From Mobula hypostoma (Eukaryota): a DNA stretch of 64,000 nucleotides. Below are positions 24,800 to 37,400 of the stretch, one piece after another (positions within the stretch are counted from its first letter, which is position 1; each line of letters begins with the position of its first letter). The notes beneath the pieces were generated by a model. It was not told the DNA's origin. It did not search any database and saw nothing but the letters and a program-made list of their open reading frames with translations. The position numbers and the translations under genes are program-made. The stretch spans positions 26,040,001 through 26,104,000 of the forward strand of contig NC_086108.1 of assembly GCF_963921235.1 (NCBI RefSeq), read 5' to 3'.

Positions 24800-25184
24800 A
24801 TTCAGCTTCTCCTTCCTGCCATCTGGCAAAAGGCACCGAAGTATTCGGGCTCTCATGACCAGACTATGTAACAGTTTCTTTCCCCAAGCCATCAGACTCC
24901 TCAATACCCAGAGCCTGGACTGACACCAACCTACTGCCCTCTACTATGCCTATGTTCTTATTTATTATTGATTGTAATGCCTGCACTGTTTTGTGCACTT
25001 TATGCAGTCCTGGGTAGGTCTGTAGTCTAGTGTAGTTTTTGTGTTGTTTTACGTAGTTCAGTGTAGTTTTTGTATTGTTTATGTAGCACCATGGTCCTGA
25101 AAAACGTTGTCTCATTTTTACTGTGTACTGTACCAGCAGCTATGGTCGAAATGACAATAAAAATTGACTTGACTTGACTTGACT
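24800..25184 (+). mobile_element. Rex1/Babar 3' end
   Basis: LPSGKRHRSI..NSFFPQAIRLLN; aatgacaataaa and (TTGAC)4 tail. Confidence 0.88.
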
Positions 25185-26335
25185 ATTTATCCAAACCATG
25201 CGTAAGAAGAACTTCAAGGGATATCAGACAACAAATCCCAAACAATTATAGACTATTTCAATGAAGGTGTATTTATGTAATTGTCATCCATACTGATTCT
25301 CCTGAGCATCCTAACAAACGTTGGATATTTATGCTTAGCCAACTGCATAGTTTAGCTGCAAATAAAACAATGTTGGCACAAGTTATTTTTACATGCAAAG
25401 AACACTTCATTCCTTCTTGTTGATGCTAAGTTTCCATGAGTGGGATTTTTATGGACAAAATCCCGAACCTTTGGAGTAAATCACCAGTCATCCCCAACTA
25501 TGAACACCTGAGGAAACATTCTAGCACAGTAGAATACCAGAGCTTCATTGGAAGCAATTGACCACCAACCAGTCACAATCACCTTTCAGCCCACTATTTC
25601 TACACCACCACCCCCACTCCCAGCAGTATCCTGTGGTGGCCGAGAAATGTGGAATCACAATCTTTGTGCGCTGCACAACAAACTGCCAATTGGTCTTGGT
25701 CCTGTCTGGAGCCAAAGAGGACTTGTCTTATCACATGTTTCTAAATGTAGACGTTACAGTGTTCTTCTTGGCTGATTTTATACAGGGGAGTTGAATGGGC
25801 ATGATAGACAATACACCAATGGCTTGGCACATTAAAAAGTGTGAAAATTACAGTCCTTGAAATGCCCATCAATTAAAGAAGGGTCAAGTTCAATGGAATA
25901 CACTGTATTCATCTGTTCCAATATCCCTACACATTTGTAAGACGATGGCAAAAGGTGGGAGGACAGTGGGCATCGGGGGGAAGAAATGACCACACAAACT
26001 CCAATCAGCTAGGATTTGAGCACCGTTAAGTTTTCTGCTCAGGAGGAATAACTTGAACCCTAATATTGTTGGGAGACCGAGACATTCTCGGCCAGCAAAT
26101 AGTGGCACAAGCCTTGATCTACAGGGGCAGGAGTACTTTTAATTTTCAGATTAAGTGTCAGATACTGTTTGGCATCTGTCAAGCAGCATTGGGTCATTGA
26201 TATCTTCCAGGTTTGGTCAAACTGGCAAGAGCCTTGCAATTATCCAATAAGTTTCTCCTTATCTTGAGGCACTAGTCTGAGTATGTGACAATAATTCTAA
26301 GGAAACAAAATCCATAAAGCTTTTCATTTTACTTA

Positions 26336-29300
26336 GTAACATGATGGTTAGCACAATGCTTTACAGTACCAGAGACCCGGGTTCAATTCCTACTGCTGTC
26401 TGTAAGGAGTTCTGCCCGTGACCGTGTGGTTTCTCCCAGATGCTCCAGTTTGATGGGGCAAATTTGTAGCCATTGGGATGAGTTGCAGTGCAATAAAGTT
26501 GCAGTGAAATCAAAGTGAAAAGTATCAAATACTGGTCTTAAGGTGTTGTACTTAAATGCACGCAGTATAAGGAATAAGGTGGATGATCTTGTCGTACAGC
26601 TACAGATTGGCAGATATGATATTGTGGCCATCACTGAGACGTGGCTAAAGGATGCATGTCTCTGGGAGCTGAACGTCCAAGGATACAAGGTGTATCGGAA
26701 GGATAGGAAGGTAGGCAGAGGGAGAGGTGTGGCATTATTGGTAAGAAATGATATTAAATCATTGGAAAGAGGTGATATAGGATCAGAAGGTACAGAATCT
26801 TTATGGGTTGAGCTAAGAAATAGCAGGGGTAAAAGGACCCTGATGGCAGTTATTTATAGGCCTCCAAACAGCTGCAGGGATGTGGACTACAAATTATAAC
26901 TGGAAATAGAAAAGGCTTGTCAGAAGGGCAGTGTTATGATAATTGTGGGGAATTTTAACATGCGAGTGGATTGGGAAAATCAGGTCGGCACTGGATCTCA
27001 AGAGAGAGAATTTGTAGAATGTCTGCGAGATGGCTTTTTAGAACAGCTTGTTGTTGCGCCCACTAGGGGATCGGCTGTACTGGATTGGGTATTGTGTAAT
27101 GAACCAGAGGTGATTAGAGAGATTGAGGTGAAGGAACCTTTAGGAGGCAGTGATCATAACATGATTGAGTTCACTGTGAAATTTGAAAAAGAGAAGCTGA
27201 CATCTGATGTGTCGGTATTTCAGTGGAGTAAAGGAAATTACAGTGGCATGAGAGAGGAACTGGCCAAAGTTGACTGGAAAGGGACACTGGCGGGAAAGAC
27301 AGCAGAGCAGCAGTGGTTGGAGTTTATGTGAGAAATGAGGAAGGTGCAAGACAGGTATATTCCAAAAAAGAAGAAATTTCAAGTGGAAAAGGGATGCAAC
27401 CGTGGTTGACAAGAGAAGTCAAAGCCAAAGTTAAAGCAAAGGAGAGGGTGTACAAGGAAGCAAAAATTAGTGGGAAGACAGAGGATTGAGAAGTTTTTAA
27501 AACCTTACAAAAGGAAACCAAGAAGGTCATTAAGAGGGAAAATATTAGCTATGAAAGGAAGCTAGCAAATAGTATCAAAGAGGATACTAAAAGCTTTTTC
27601 AAATATATAAAGAGTAAAAGACAGGTGAGAGTAGATATAGGACCGATAGAAAATGATGCTGGAGAAATTGTAATGGGAGATAAGGAGATGGCGGAGGAAC
27701 GGAACGAGTATTTTGCATCAGTCTTCACTGAGGAAGACATCAGCAGTATACCGGACACTCAAGGGTGGCAGGGAAGAGAAGTGTGCGCAGTCACAATTAC
27801 GACAGAGAAAGTACTCAGGAAGCTGAATAGTCTAAAGGTAGATAAATCTCCTGGACCAGATGGAATGCACCCACGTGTTCTGAAGGAAGTAGCCATGGAG
27901 ATTGCGGAGGGATTAGTGATGATCTTTCAAAAGTTGATAGATTCTGGCATGGTTCCGGAGGACTGGAAGAATGCATATGTCACTCCGCTATTTAAGAAGG
28001 GGGCAAGGAAGCAAAAAGGAAATTATAGACCTGTTCGCTTGACATTGGTGGTTGGGAAGTTGTTGGAGTCGCTTGTCAAGGATGAGGTTACAAAGTACCT
28101 GGAGGGATATGACAAGATAGGCAGAACTCAGCATGGATTCCTTAAAGGAAAATCCTGTCTGACAAACCTATTACAATTTTCTGAGGAAATTACCAGTAGG
28201 CTAGACAAGGGAAATGCAGTGGATGTTGTATATTTGGATTTTCAGAAGGCCTTTGACAAGGTGCCACACATGAGGCTACTTAACAAGATAAGAGCCCATG
28301 GAATTACGGGAAAGTTACATACGTGGATAGAGCATTGGCTGATTGGCAGAAAACAAAGAGTGGGAATAAAGGGATCCTATTCTGGTTGGCTGACAGTTAC
28401 CAGTGGTGTTCCACAGGGGTCCGTGTTGGGGCCACTTCTTTTTACATTGTACATCGACCATTTGGATTATGGAATAGGTGGCTTTGTGGCTAAGTTTGCT
28501 GATGATACGAAGATAGGTGGAGGGGCCGGTAGTGCTGAGGAAACGGAGAGTCTACAGAGAGACTTGGATAGATTGGAAGAATGGGCAGAGAAGTGGCAAA
28601 TGAAGTACAATGTTGAAAAGTGTATGGTTATGCACTTTGGCAGAAAAAAATAAATGGACAGACTATTATTTAAATGGGGAAAGAATTCAAAATTCTGAGG
28701 TGCAACGGGACTTGGGAGTCCTCGTACAGGATACCCTTAAAGTTGACCTCCAGGTTGAATCAGTAGTGAAGAAGGCGAATGCAATCTTGGCATTCATTTC
28801 TAGAGGAATAGAGTATAGGAGCAGGGATGTGATGTTGAGGCTCTATAAGGCGCTGGTGAGACCTCACTTGGAGTACTGTGGGCAGTTTTGGTCTCCTTAT
28901 TTAAGAAAGGATGTGCTGACATTGGAGACGGTACAGAGAAGATTCACTAGAATGATTCCGGGAATGAGAGGGTTAACATATGAGGAACGTTTGTCCGCTC
29001 TTGGACTGTATTCCTTGGAGTTTAGAAGAATGAGGGGAGACCTCATAGAAACATTTTGAATGTTGAAAGGCATGGACAGAGTGGATGTGACAAAGCTGTT
29101 TCCCATGATGGGGGAGTCTATTACAAGAGGGCATGACTTAAGGATTGAAGGGCGCCCATTCAGAACAGAAATGCGAAGTAATTTTTTTAGTCAGAGGTTG
29201 GTGAATCTATGGAATTTGTTGCCACGGGCAGCAGTGGAGGTCAAGTCATTGGGTGTATTTAAGGTAGAGATTGATAGGTATCTGAGTAGCCAGGGCATCA

Positions 29301-29572
29301 AAGGTTAGGGTGAGAAGGCGGGGGAGTGGGACTAAATGGGAGAATGGATCAGCTCATGATAAAATGGCGGAGCAGACTCGATGGGCCGAATGGCTTACTT
29401 CTGCTCCTTTGTCTTATGGTCTTATGGTCTTATGGTCTTCTTCCCAGTCTAAAGGCGTACCAGTGGTAGGTTAATTGGTCATTGGAATTGTCCTATAGTT
29501 AGGCTAGGGTTAAATTGGTGGCTGAAGGGCCAGAAGGGCCTGTTCCATATTGTCTCTCAATCAATAAACAAA
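26336..29572 (+). mobile_element. HE1-like SINE (26336-26451 plus 29440-29572) split by a CR1
   Basis: Head ggttagcacaatgctttacagtacc..gggttcaattcc..gatgctccagttt continues as cttcccagtctaaagg..gggccagaagggcctg, colinear with 5159-5440. Confidence 0.85.
26452..29439 (+). mobile_element. CR1 LINE, near-complete ORF2 (EN and RT) pseudogene with 3'UTR
   Basis: YLNARSI, ITETWL, YRPP, GSDHN, QHGF, DFQKAFD, PQGS, FADDTK; several stops and a frameshift in an A-run near 28650; (TATGGTCT)3 tail. Confidence 0.97.
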
Positions 29573-29789
29573 TGAAAGGAGTAACTGAGAAATCACATTT
29601 GCACATAAATAAGTTAGCTCAAGGACATCATGGATCACTGTGAAGAAAACATCATCATACAGCAGACATACCAAAACAATTTTGATTGGAAACTTTTCTG
29701 CACAGGCACTTTTCTTGATGCTGAGATACATCCTAGGATGTTCTGGGCACATCATCAGTGATATAACCTGGGGTCAGCGAGTGTTTCAA

Positions 29790-31012
29790 GTCTTTCAACA
29801 TCAGACACTCTCGCCCACTTGACCCAGTCAGGATTGATCAAGCCCTGGTGTCCCAGCAGTATTGGTCTACGGGTTACACCTCTTCATCCATAGCCATTTG
29901 GAGGCTCGCTCAGCAGCTTCTGATTTGGTCTTAGTGGCTCTTTTCTTTGCAGCCCCATATTACTTAGGAGAGAATAGGTTATGCAGAGCAAGCAGCCAGC
30001 AAAACCTGGACACCCCACCTCTATAGGCTCGCTTTGTGCCCTCCACCCCTGTCTCTGGCACTGCTCTACCAGCTCCTGGTATTTGGCTTTCTTATGTTTA
30101 GCCACCTCCTCAATCCAGCCTTCCCAAGGAACTGTCAGTTCTACCATGCCAACCTGCACTGAGATTTCTGACAGAATGACCATGTCAGGCCTCAGTGATG
30201 ATGGTGCAATGAAGTCAGGGAACTTTAATAGTTTTCCCAGTCAGGTGCTGTGGCAAGCAAGCCGTTAGTGATCTCGTTGAGGCTGTAGTTAGTCTCCAGA
30301 TTTGACAAAGGCTATGGGCTTTCTAGGTTGGTGGAAGTGCTTACTGTTATTAATAGCTGAGGAGATATTTTCTGCCATTGCCTTTAGCAGCTGGTTGGCA
30401 CCAGTGGTAGCAGCCAACTCCCAGAGCTTTTGGGCAGCTGTAGAGAATGTGTTCCAGAGTCTCTCTGCCAGGGCAGGGAGGATATGATGGTGCCTCACTT
30501 TTGCCCCAAGCAAAAAGGTTTGCTGGACTCGACAATACATCCTACACAGACTGGATCATGAACTTGATGCACTGGGGTTTTGCCTGACAGATGTCGGACC
30601 AGGAGATCTTCTGCTTCAGCACACCCTCCCATCTTGCCCAAACTCCTTGCTGCCCCATTCCTACCATCCCGGTGGTACACACTTCCTCAACAACTACTCC
30701 AATCTCTTCTGGGACAAGTTTGTGTCTGTCTCTGCCCTGGGCCCTGCCGACCAGACGACCTGTCCCTACAAGAACTGTGTGCCTTGGACATGATTCAGCC
30801 ATCTGCACTACATCCTTGACCTTCCATATCCTGCCTGCATGGACCTCAATGCCTGCTGATGAGACTTTGGGGTCACTGGAAACTTTGTACAGCAGCAATT
30901 CTCTTATACAGGAAATTATGAACTCTCTGTTCAAGCTGCTGAAGGGAAACTGCAGTTTATTCCTCTTCCCATACAAAGCAATGTTACTCAGGATACATGG
31001 GAGGACCTGCCA
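29790..31012 (-). mobile_element. HERO-like non-LTR retrotransposon fragment (CCHC and restriction-like endonuclease)
   Basis: SPANLFAWGKSE..CP..ETLEHILYSCPKAL; PDMVIL..VELTVPWE..KKAKYQEL..PIEVGCPGF. Confidence 0.8.
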
Positions 31013-31328
31013 TCTTAGAAGGTCTTTTCCACTGAGGTTGAGTGAGGCTACAACTAGAGATCATGGGTAAGGGTGAAAGGTGAAAAGCTTAAGGGGAATA
31101 GAAGGGGGAACTTCTTCTTTCGGAGAGTGCTGAGAGTGTGAACAAGCTGCTAGCAGTGGAGTTGATTTCAATAGTTAGGATAAAATTGGATAGGTACTTG
31201 GATGAGAGGGGTATGGAGGGCTATGATCCGGGTAAAGGTTGATGGGACTAGGAAGGTTAATGGTTCAGTATGGACCAGATGGGCTGAATGGCCTGTTTCT
31301 GTGCTGTACTGTTCTATAACTCTAACTA
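31013..31328 (+). mobile_element. CR1 3' end
   Basis: ggaacttcttctttcggagagtgctgagagtgtg; gggctgaatggcctgtttctgtgctgtac 3'UTR. Confidence 0.85.
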
Positions 31329-31974
31329 CAATCATTTTCTTACATCAATGACTGAGTTCCTGACTTAATCACCTTAAAAGCCTGCTGCATCTTCTTTGGG
31401 CATTCTGAGCAGCAGCAGCTGACTTAAAGACAGAATGCTCAACAATTCAGGAAGCATCCACGGACAGAGAAACTGAGGCAATATATCAGGTTAATAATCT
31501 TTCATCAGGATTTCCTTAATTCTAAATCTGATCTGCTCCTCTTTCTCTGCCCTCTAATTACACATCTTCCTCTCTTGTTCCCTCCTAATCTCCACTTCTT
31601 CCCCTTCCTTCCTCACTCTTATTCCATTCCTTGCTCCCCTCTCCCTCATGCTTCCTCTATTCCTCCTATTTCTTCTCTTTCTCACACCCCATCTCCTTCC
31701 CTATTTCCTTTCTCCTGTTCTTTCTCTTTGCCTGTTGCTCCACCCTCTGGCTGCATTATTTTGGTCCATATATACCTCCCCACTCTCCATCCCCCCTTTC
31801 ATTCTGGGAAGTTTGGAATGGATCAAAATTGATAGGATTAGGGTGAGAAGGGAGAGATTTAACATGAACACAGGGACAACCTTTTTTGCAAAGATAGCTA
31901 GAGTAGGGTTCATATGTGGAATGAGCTTCCAGAGGAAGGGGTTGAGGCAGATACTGTACATTAATAATAATTAG

Positions 31975-32290
31975 AAGAATATAAGAACATTAGAAATAGG
32001 AGCAGGAGTAGGCCATCTGGCCTGTCGAACCTGCTCCAGCATTCAATAAGATCAAGGCTGATCTGGCCATGGACTTAACTTCACCCTGCCTTTTCCCCAT
32101 AACCCTTAGTTCCCCTACTATGCAAAAATCTATTGAACCTTGTCTTCAATATATTTACTGAGGTAGCCTCCACTGCTTCATTGGACAGAGAATTCCACAG
32201 ATTCATCACTGTCTGGGAAAAGTAGTTCCTACTCATCTCCACCTTGAATTTACTCCCCTGAGTCTTGAGGATATATCCCCTAGTTCTAGA
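31975..32290 (-). mobile_element. CR1 3' end
   Basis: Minus ORF SRTRGY..NYFSQTVMNLWNSL..KGYGEKAG; agaacat-type tail. Confidence 0.88.
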
Positions 32291-33177
32291 GAGTTGGGCA
32301 GGTATGTAGATAAGAAAAGGGTCTAGGGACACATGAGGCAAATCAGGAAAATTGGACCATTTGGGCCAAAGAGCCTGTTTCATGCAGTATAAATCTATAT
32401 GAAATTCAATTTGGTCTCGTTTTCCTGTGCCATGTCAAAGATAAGTCGCTTGTATAGTATAATTCCTTAAGATGATTTAACAACCTCATCTGAAATCAAT
32501 AAACATTTACACTTCTGCTAATATTTTTGAAATTTTATGTTAAAATATTTTAAATCAATCAATTTGTTTAAGGCACTGACACCCAGCTCTTTGGAATCTC
32601 TATTTATTTTGACAGCACTCTGTGGTATGTGATGTGACATTATATATCATACATCTGTCACCCGGAATGTTTATGTGACAGGTAGCACTTCATATATGCA
32701 ACAGGCACTTTCAAAATTAGTCTGCTTCAGCGGAATTGTCATAAATTTCTCTTGTCATCGCCAGTGCATTGCCCCTTGGTCAACACTGCTGAAGATCCTC
32801 CTTGCCTTAATCCATGATACGCATCACACTTCTAGCCAATGTCAAGATAGATGATTCTCCCAGTGACATTACTCTAAAGAAGAAATCAACTGGATTTTGC
32901 AACAAAACATCTCTATACTCAGGAAAATATCACTAGCAGATATGCCAATGAATATTCAATTGAGCAATGGCAATGTTCATTAAAGAAACAGCATAGGCAT
33001 AAGGAAACTCATCAAAACTGAGTCACAAGAACAGACAGATGAAAAATAGGAGCGGGAATAAGCCAGCAGGCCCCTCTAGCCTGTCCCACAATTCAATGTG
33101 ATCTAGGCTAACCTATGCTCAGCTCTAGAAACCAAAGTAAAACATGCATTTATGTAAAAGTATTCAAATATATCAAT

Positions 33178-33995
33178 ACAACACACACACAAAATGCCAG
33201 AGGAAATCAGCAGGTCAATCAGCATCTAGGGAAAAGAGTAAACAGTCAACATTTCAGGCTGAGATCCTTCTTCAGGACTGAGAAGGAAAGAGGAAGATGC
33301 CAGAATAAAAAAAGTGGAGGAAAAGAGGCAGCTGGAAGGTGATGGGTGAAGCCAAGTGGGTGGGAAAGGTCAAAGGCTGGAGATGAAAGAATCTGATAGG
33401 AGAAGAGAGTGGACCATAGGAAAAAGTGAAGTGGGGGGACCCAGGGGGAAATTATTGGCAGGTAAGAAGAAGTAGTAGGTCAGAGTGGGGAATAGAGGAA
33501 GGGTAGGGTGAAATTTATTTTACCATCAGGTTGGAGGATACCCATGTGAAACATAAGCAGTTGCTGCTCCACCCTTAGGGGTGACCTCACCTTAGCACAA
33601 GAGGGGGCCATGGATCAACACATTGGAACCGGAATGGGATCGGTGAACAAAATTCCAACTCCCAATCCCCACGCTGACTTTTTACCTCTTCTTATCTGCC
33701 CATTACTTCACCCTTAGTCACCTCCTCCTTCCCTTTCTCCTATTGTCTACTCTCCTCTCCTATCAGATTCCTTCTTCTCCCACCCATCTGGCTTCACCTA
33801 TCACCTTCCAGCGAGCATCTTTCCCCTCCCCCTACCTTTTAAATCAGGCATCTCCCGACTTCCCTCTCAGTTCTGAAGAAGGGTCTTGGCCCAACACATT
33901 GACTGTTTACTCTTTTCCATAGATCCTTCCTGACCCGCTGAGTTCATCCAGCATTTTGTTTTGGATTTCCAGCATCAGCAGATTTTCTCTTGTTT
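33178..33995. mobile_element. Inverted pair of Penelope termini (minus 33178-~33645, plus ~33665-33995)
   Basis: aatctgataggagaagagagt and ctcctctcctatcagattc are reverse complements; a ribozyme-like box lies in each arm (33243-33280 and 33868-33905). Confidence 0.85.
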
Positions 33996-34474
33996 GAAAT
34001 ATACCATTGATACTTTATATTCTGAGGATGAAGACTTGCTCTTCCATTGCATTGTGTGATTTTTATTTGATAATTGACCTAATTGCTGCTTACAGATTAA
34101 AATTGGTTATTTATTAACAACATTAAACCCATCTTGGAAACACAGCCTACAAAGTATGGCCGTACCATCTCTGCAAAGTCTTAAAAAATGTTGAACTGGT
34201 GCTACACTATATGATAATTTTGAAATCCTTTGCTGACTATTATAATGAAACACCAGTCTAATCACGATGGCCGCATTGGAAAGTGGCAAACCTGTCTAAT
34301 AGTACGATCAACCCCACGGTCTTTTACTTAAGTAGTGACCAAGGTTTTCTCAGGTCAAGCAAACTACTTGAGAAGACTCATGATGAGGTCAGCTATCATG
34401 AAAGTGTAAGGAAGACCAGCATTTGGGTTATCCTGCTCTTGAATCTGCTTTAAGCTCTACCACTTGACAGGAAT

Positions 34475-37400
34475 TGTAGAAGATGCTTGACCAAAATGCA
34501 GAGCAGTGGAGACAATTAAGCGGAGAGCGATAACTTTAATAATAAACTTCAAATTAGCAAGCCACAAAGGGCTAAAAAGCAAGACAGTAATGATACTCAA
34601 CACAAGTAACAAAGGGCTAGGAGCAACTGATTGAAGCTGTCAGGCTCAATGGGTGAACAAGAACTGCGAAAGAGAGCTGGGTTTAAACAGGCTGAAGGTG
34701 AAGAGTTGGTAATGAGTGGCAGGTAACTCCTGTGGAGACTGGGAGGGTTTGCCTAGGCAGGCCTGACAGGGCCCTCTTCCCACCCCACAGCCGACACTCG
34801 AAGGCCCAAGACAATCCAGATGCATCCAGTGAGACTTCTTGATGAGCCATCGATCCAAAATGAAACTGGACAGCACCCAAGATCTCTCCTCCGGGCTGTA
34901 CCATTTGCAGTCTGCCAAGTGCTGCACACCCTATCCATAATGACATGAAAATATTAACCAGTGAACCATGTACATTGGACCACCCTCCACCATCCTAGGT
35001 TCCAGAGGTGCAGTCTCAAGTGGGTTGGATGGTCCATAGTCAATAGGCTTGAGGCAGGACAGGTGGAAGTTAGGTGTAATCCTGAGGGATAATGCAGCTA
35101 GAGACAGTAAGTGATGGGTAACCTTGTAAGGACCAATGAACTGGGGTGAGAACTTGCACAAGTCAGTGCGCATGGGCAGATCTCGCATAAAAAGCCAGAC
35201 ACTGTCCCCAGGCCAGATTAGTCTAGGTGGGCAGTTGCCCTGCTGGCAGTAGGCACAGTTGGCAACCAGAATGGCCCTTCCAAGCCTTCTGGCAGTGGGA
35301 ACCAGGGACCTGGCAGATGGGAACTCTACCAAAGCCCTGATGCACTTGAAATGGTTATATCCCTCTGGCAGAAGACATGTGTAGATTATGAGCAAGCTCA
35401 GCCCAGAGCAGATATGCCTTCCATGTGAAAGGATTAGAGGCAGCGACTCATCGCAGATAGTTCTCCCCTTGCTGATTGACTCTTTCTTACTGGCCATTGG
35501 TCTGTGGATGATAACCAGAGGACAAATGTACTGAGGTACAGATGAGGGAGAAGAAGGCTCACCAGAAGCGGTAGATGAATTGTGGGCCTCAGTCCAATAC
35601 AGTGTCCTGAGGAAAGCTGTAGAGGCAAACTACATGTTGGAGAACCAGGTCTGTCGACTCAGTGGCCAATGGAACTTTGTGTAGGGCAATGAAGGGAGCC
35701 ACCTTGGAAAACGAGTCTAATCACGATGGCCCCATTGGAAAGAGGCAAACCTGTGATGAAATCCATGGTGATGTGGGATCATAGGCGTCAAGGAACAAGT
35801 TGGGACCATAGTAGCCCAGAGGGCCGCTGATGGGGGGAATTATACTGGGTACATTGAAGGCAGGTAGTAATGAATTGATGTACATCTGTGATCATTGTGG
35901 GCCACCAGAACTGGTATTGCAGAAAATCGAGAGTCTGTTGTGAGCCTGGTTGGTTGGAGAACGTGAGGAATGGACCCACTTGAGTGCTTCACAGTGAATA
36001 TCTACCAGTACATACACGCAGTTGTCAGGGGTGTCAGCCAGAGCAGGCCCATGCTGTAGTGCCCATGGTGGATCTGGTTCTCAAGGTCCCAGATGATAGG
36101 AGCAAAGGTAAATGAGGATGAAATGATAGGCTGAGGGTTGATCTCCATTTCAGCTAGGTCAAATTGTTTTGACAGGACATTCATCTTCATGTTCTAGGAG
36201 GCAGGTCAGTAGGAGATAGTGGAATTCAATTGCTCACAGAAGAAGGACCAGCAAGCCTGGTGGGGTGAGTTGGCGGGTCTGTTGCATGCATATGTGATTC
36301 TAGTGTCAGTACAGATGAGGAAGGGTTCAGTGTTTTCCGTCAACCAATGTCTCCAGTTCTGCAAGGCCCATTTAGCTCCTGTCTCCTACCCCATAATTAT
36401 GCTATGTAGAGCTGAATTTGCCAGAGAAGAAAGCACAAGGATATGTCTTGCTGGGAAAGGATGGGTCCAACATCCATGTCAGATATGTCCACAAAAAGGT
36501 CCAGAGGTGTCCGAATGGTGGAGAATGGGAGCTGTGGTGGTGCCTCTAGAGGTTCCTCAAGAGCGTGGTCAGTGGCAACAGACCACGTTATTCATGAGGT
36601 AGGTGACTTAGTGAGGGAGGGGGAGGAGCGGCGATTTGGTTGTAGTTTCTGATGAAATGGCGGTGGAATTTGAAAAAGCACAAGAAGCGCTATAACTATT
36701 TGAGGGAGTGCGGTCAGGTCTGTTCAATGGCACTGTTCCCTTTCTCTGGGTCCATGGTTATTCCTTGGGGTGAAAGGATGTAACCCATGAGGGACATGAC
36801 TGGGGTGTGGAACTGCAATTTCTCCAACTTGCAGTACAGTCGGTTTTTGAGGGGACTTAAGGACTAACTGGACGTGACAGACGTGGCCTTGGAGAAAATG
36901 AGGATGCTGTTGAGGTAGATTAACACATACCAATGTAACATGCCTTGGAAGATTTTGTTAATGAAGACTTGGAAAACAGCTGGACTGTAGAAAAGTCCAA
37001 AAGGCCTTACCAACTATTTGTAGTGGCAAGTAGGTGTTCCGAACATCGCCATCCAATCATCCCCTGGTGGATACGGATCAGGTTGTACTAGCTGTGTATG
37101 TACGACCATTTGGTGAAGATCTAGTCCCTGTGGAATGTTTTGCATGTGCATTTCTATCAAGGGGAGAGGGTAGCAATTCTAACTGGTGCTACTGTTGAGT
37201 GCACAATAATCAATAGAGGGGTGAAGACTCCCATCTTTCTTTTTGTTAAAGAAGAATTCTGCACCAGCTGGTGCCTGGAATGGATGAATAAACCCATATT
37301 CAGCAATATAATTATTACTTGCTTGGATGTCAGGAGGGGAGACGGAAAACAGACAACCTCGGGAATGGTCAGTGTCTGAGAGGAGGTCAATCATGCAGTC

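Noticed and set aside
31530..31800. Pro/Ser/Leu-rich ORFs
   Set aside because: Low-complexity pyrimidine tract
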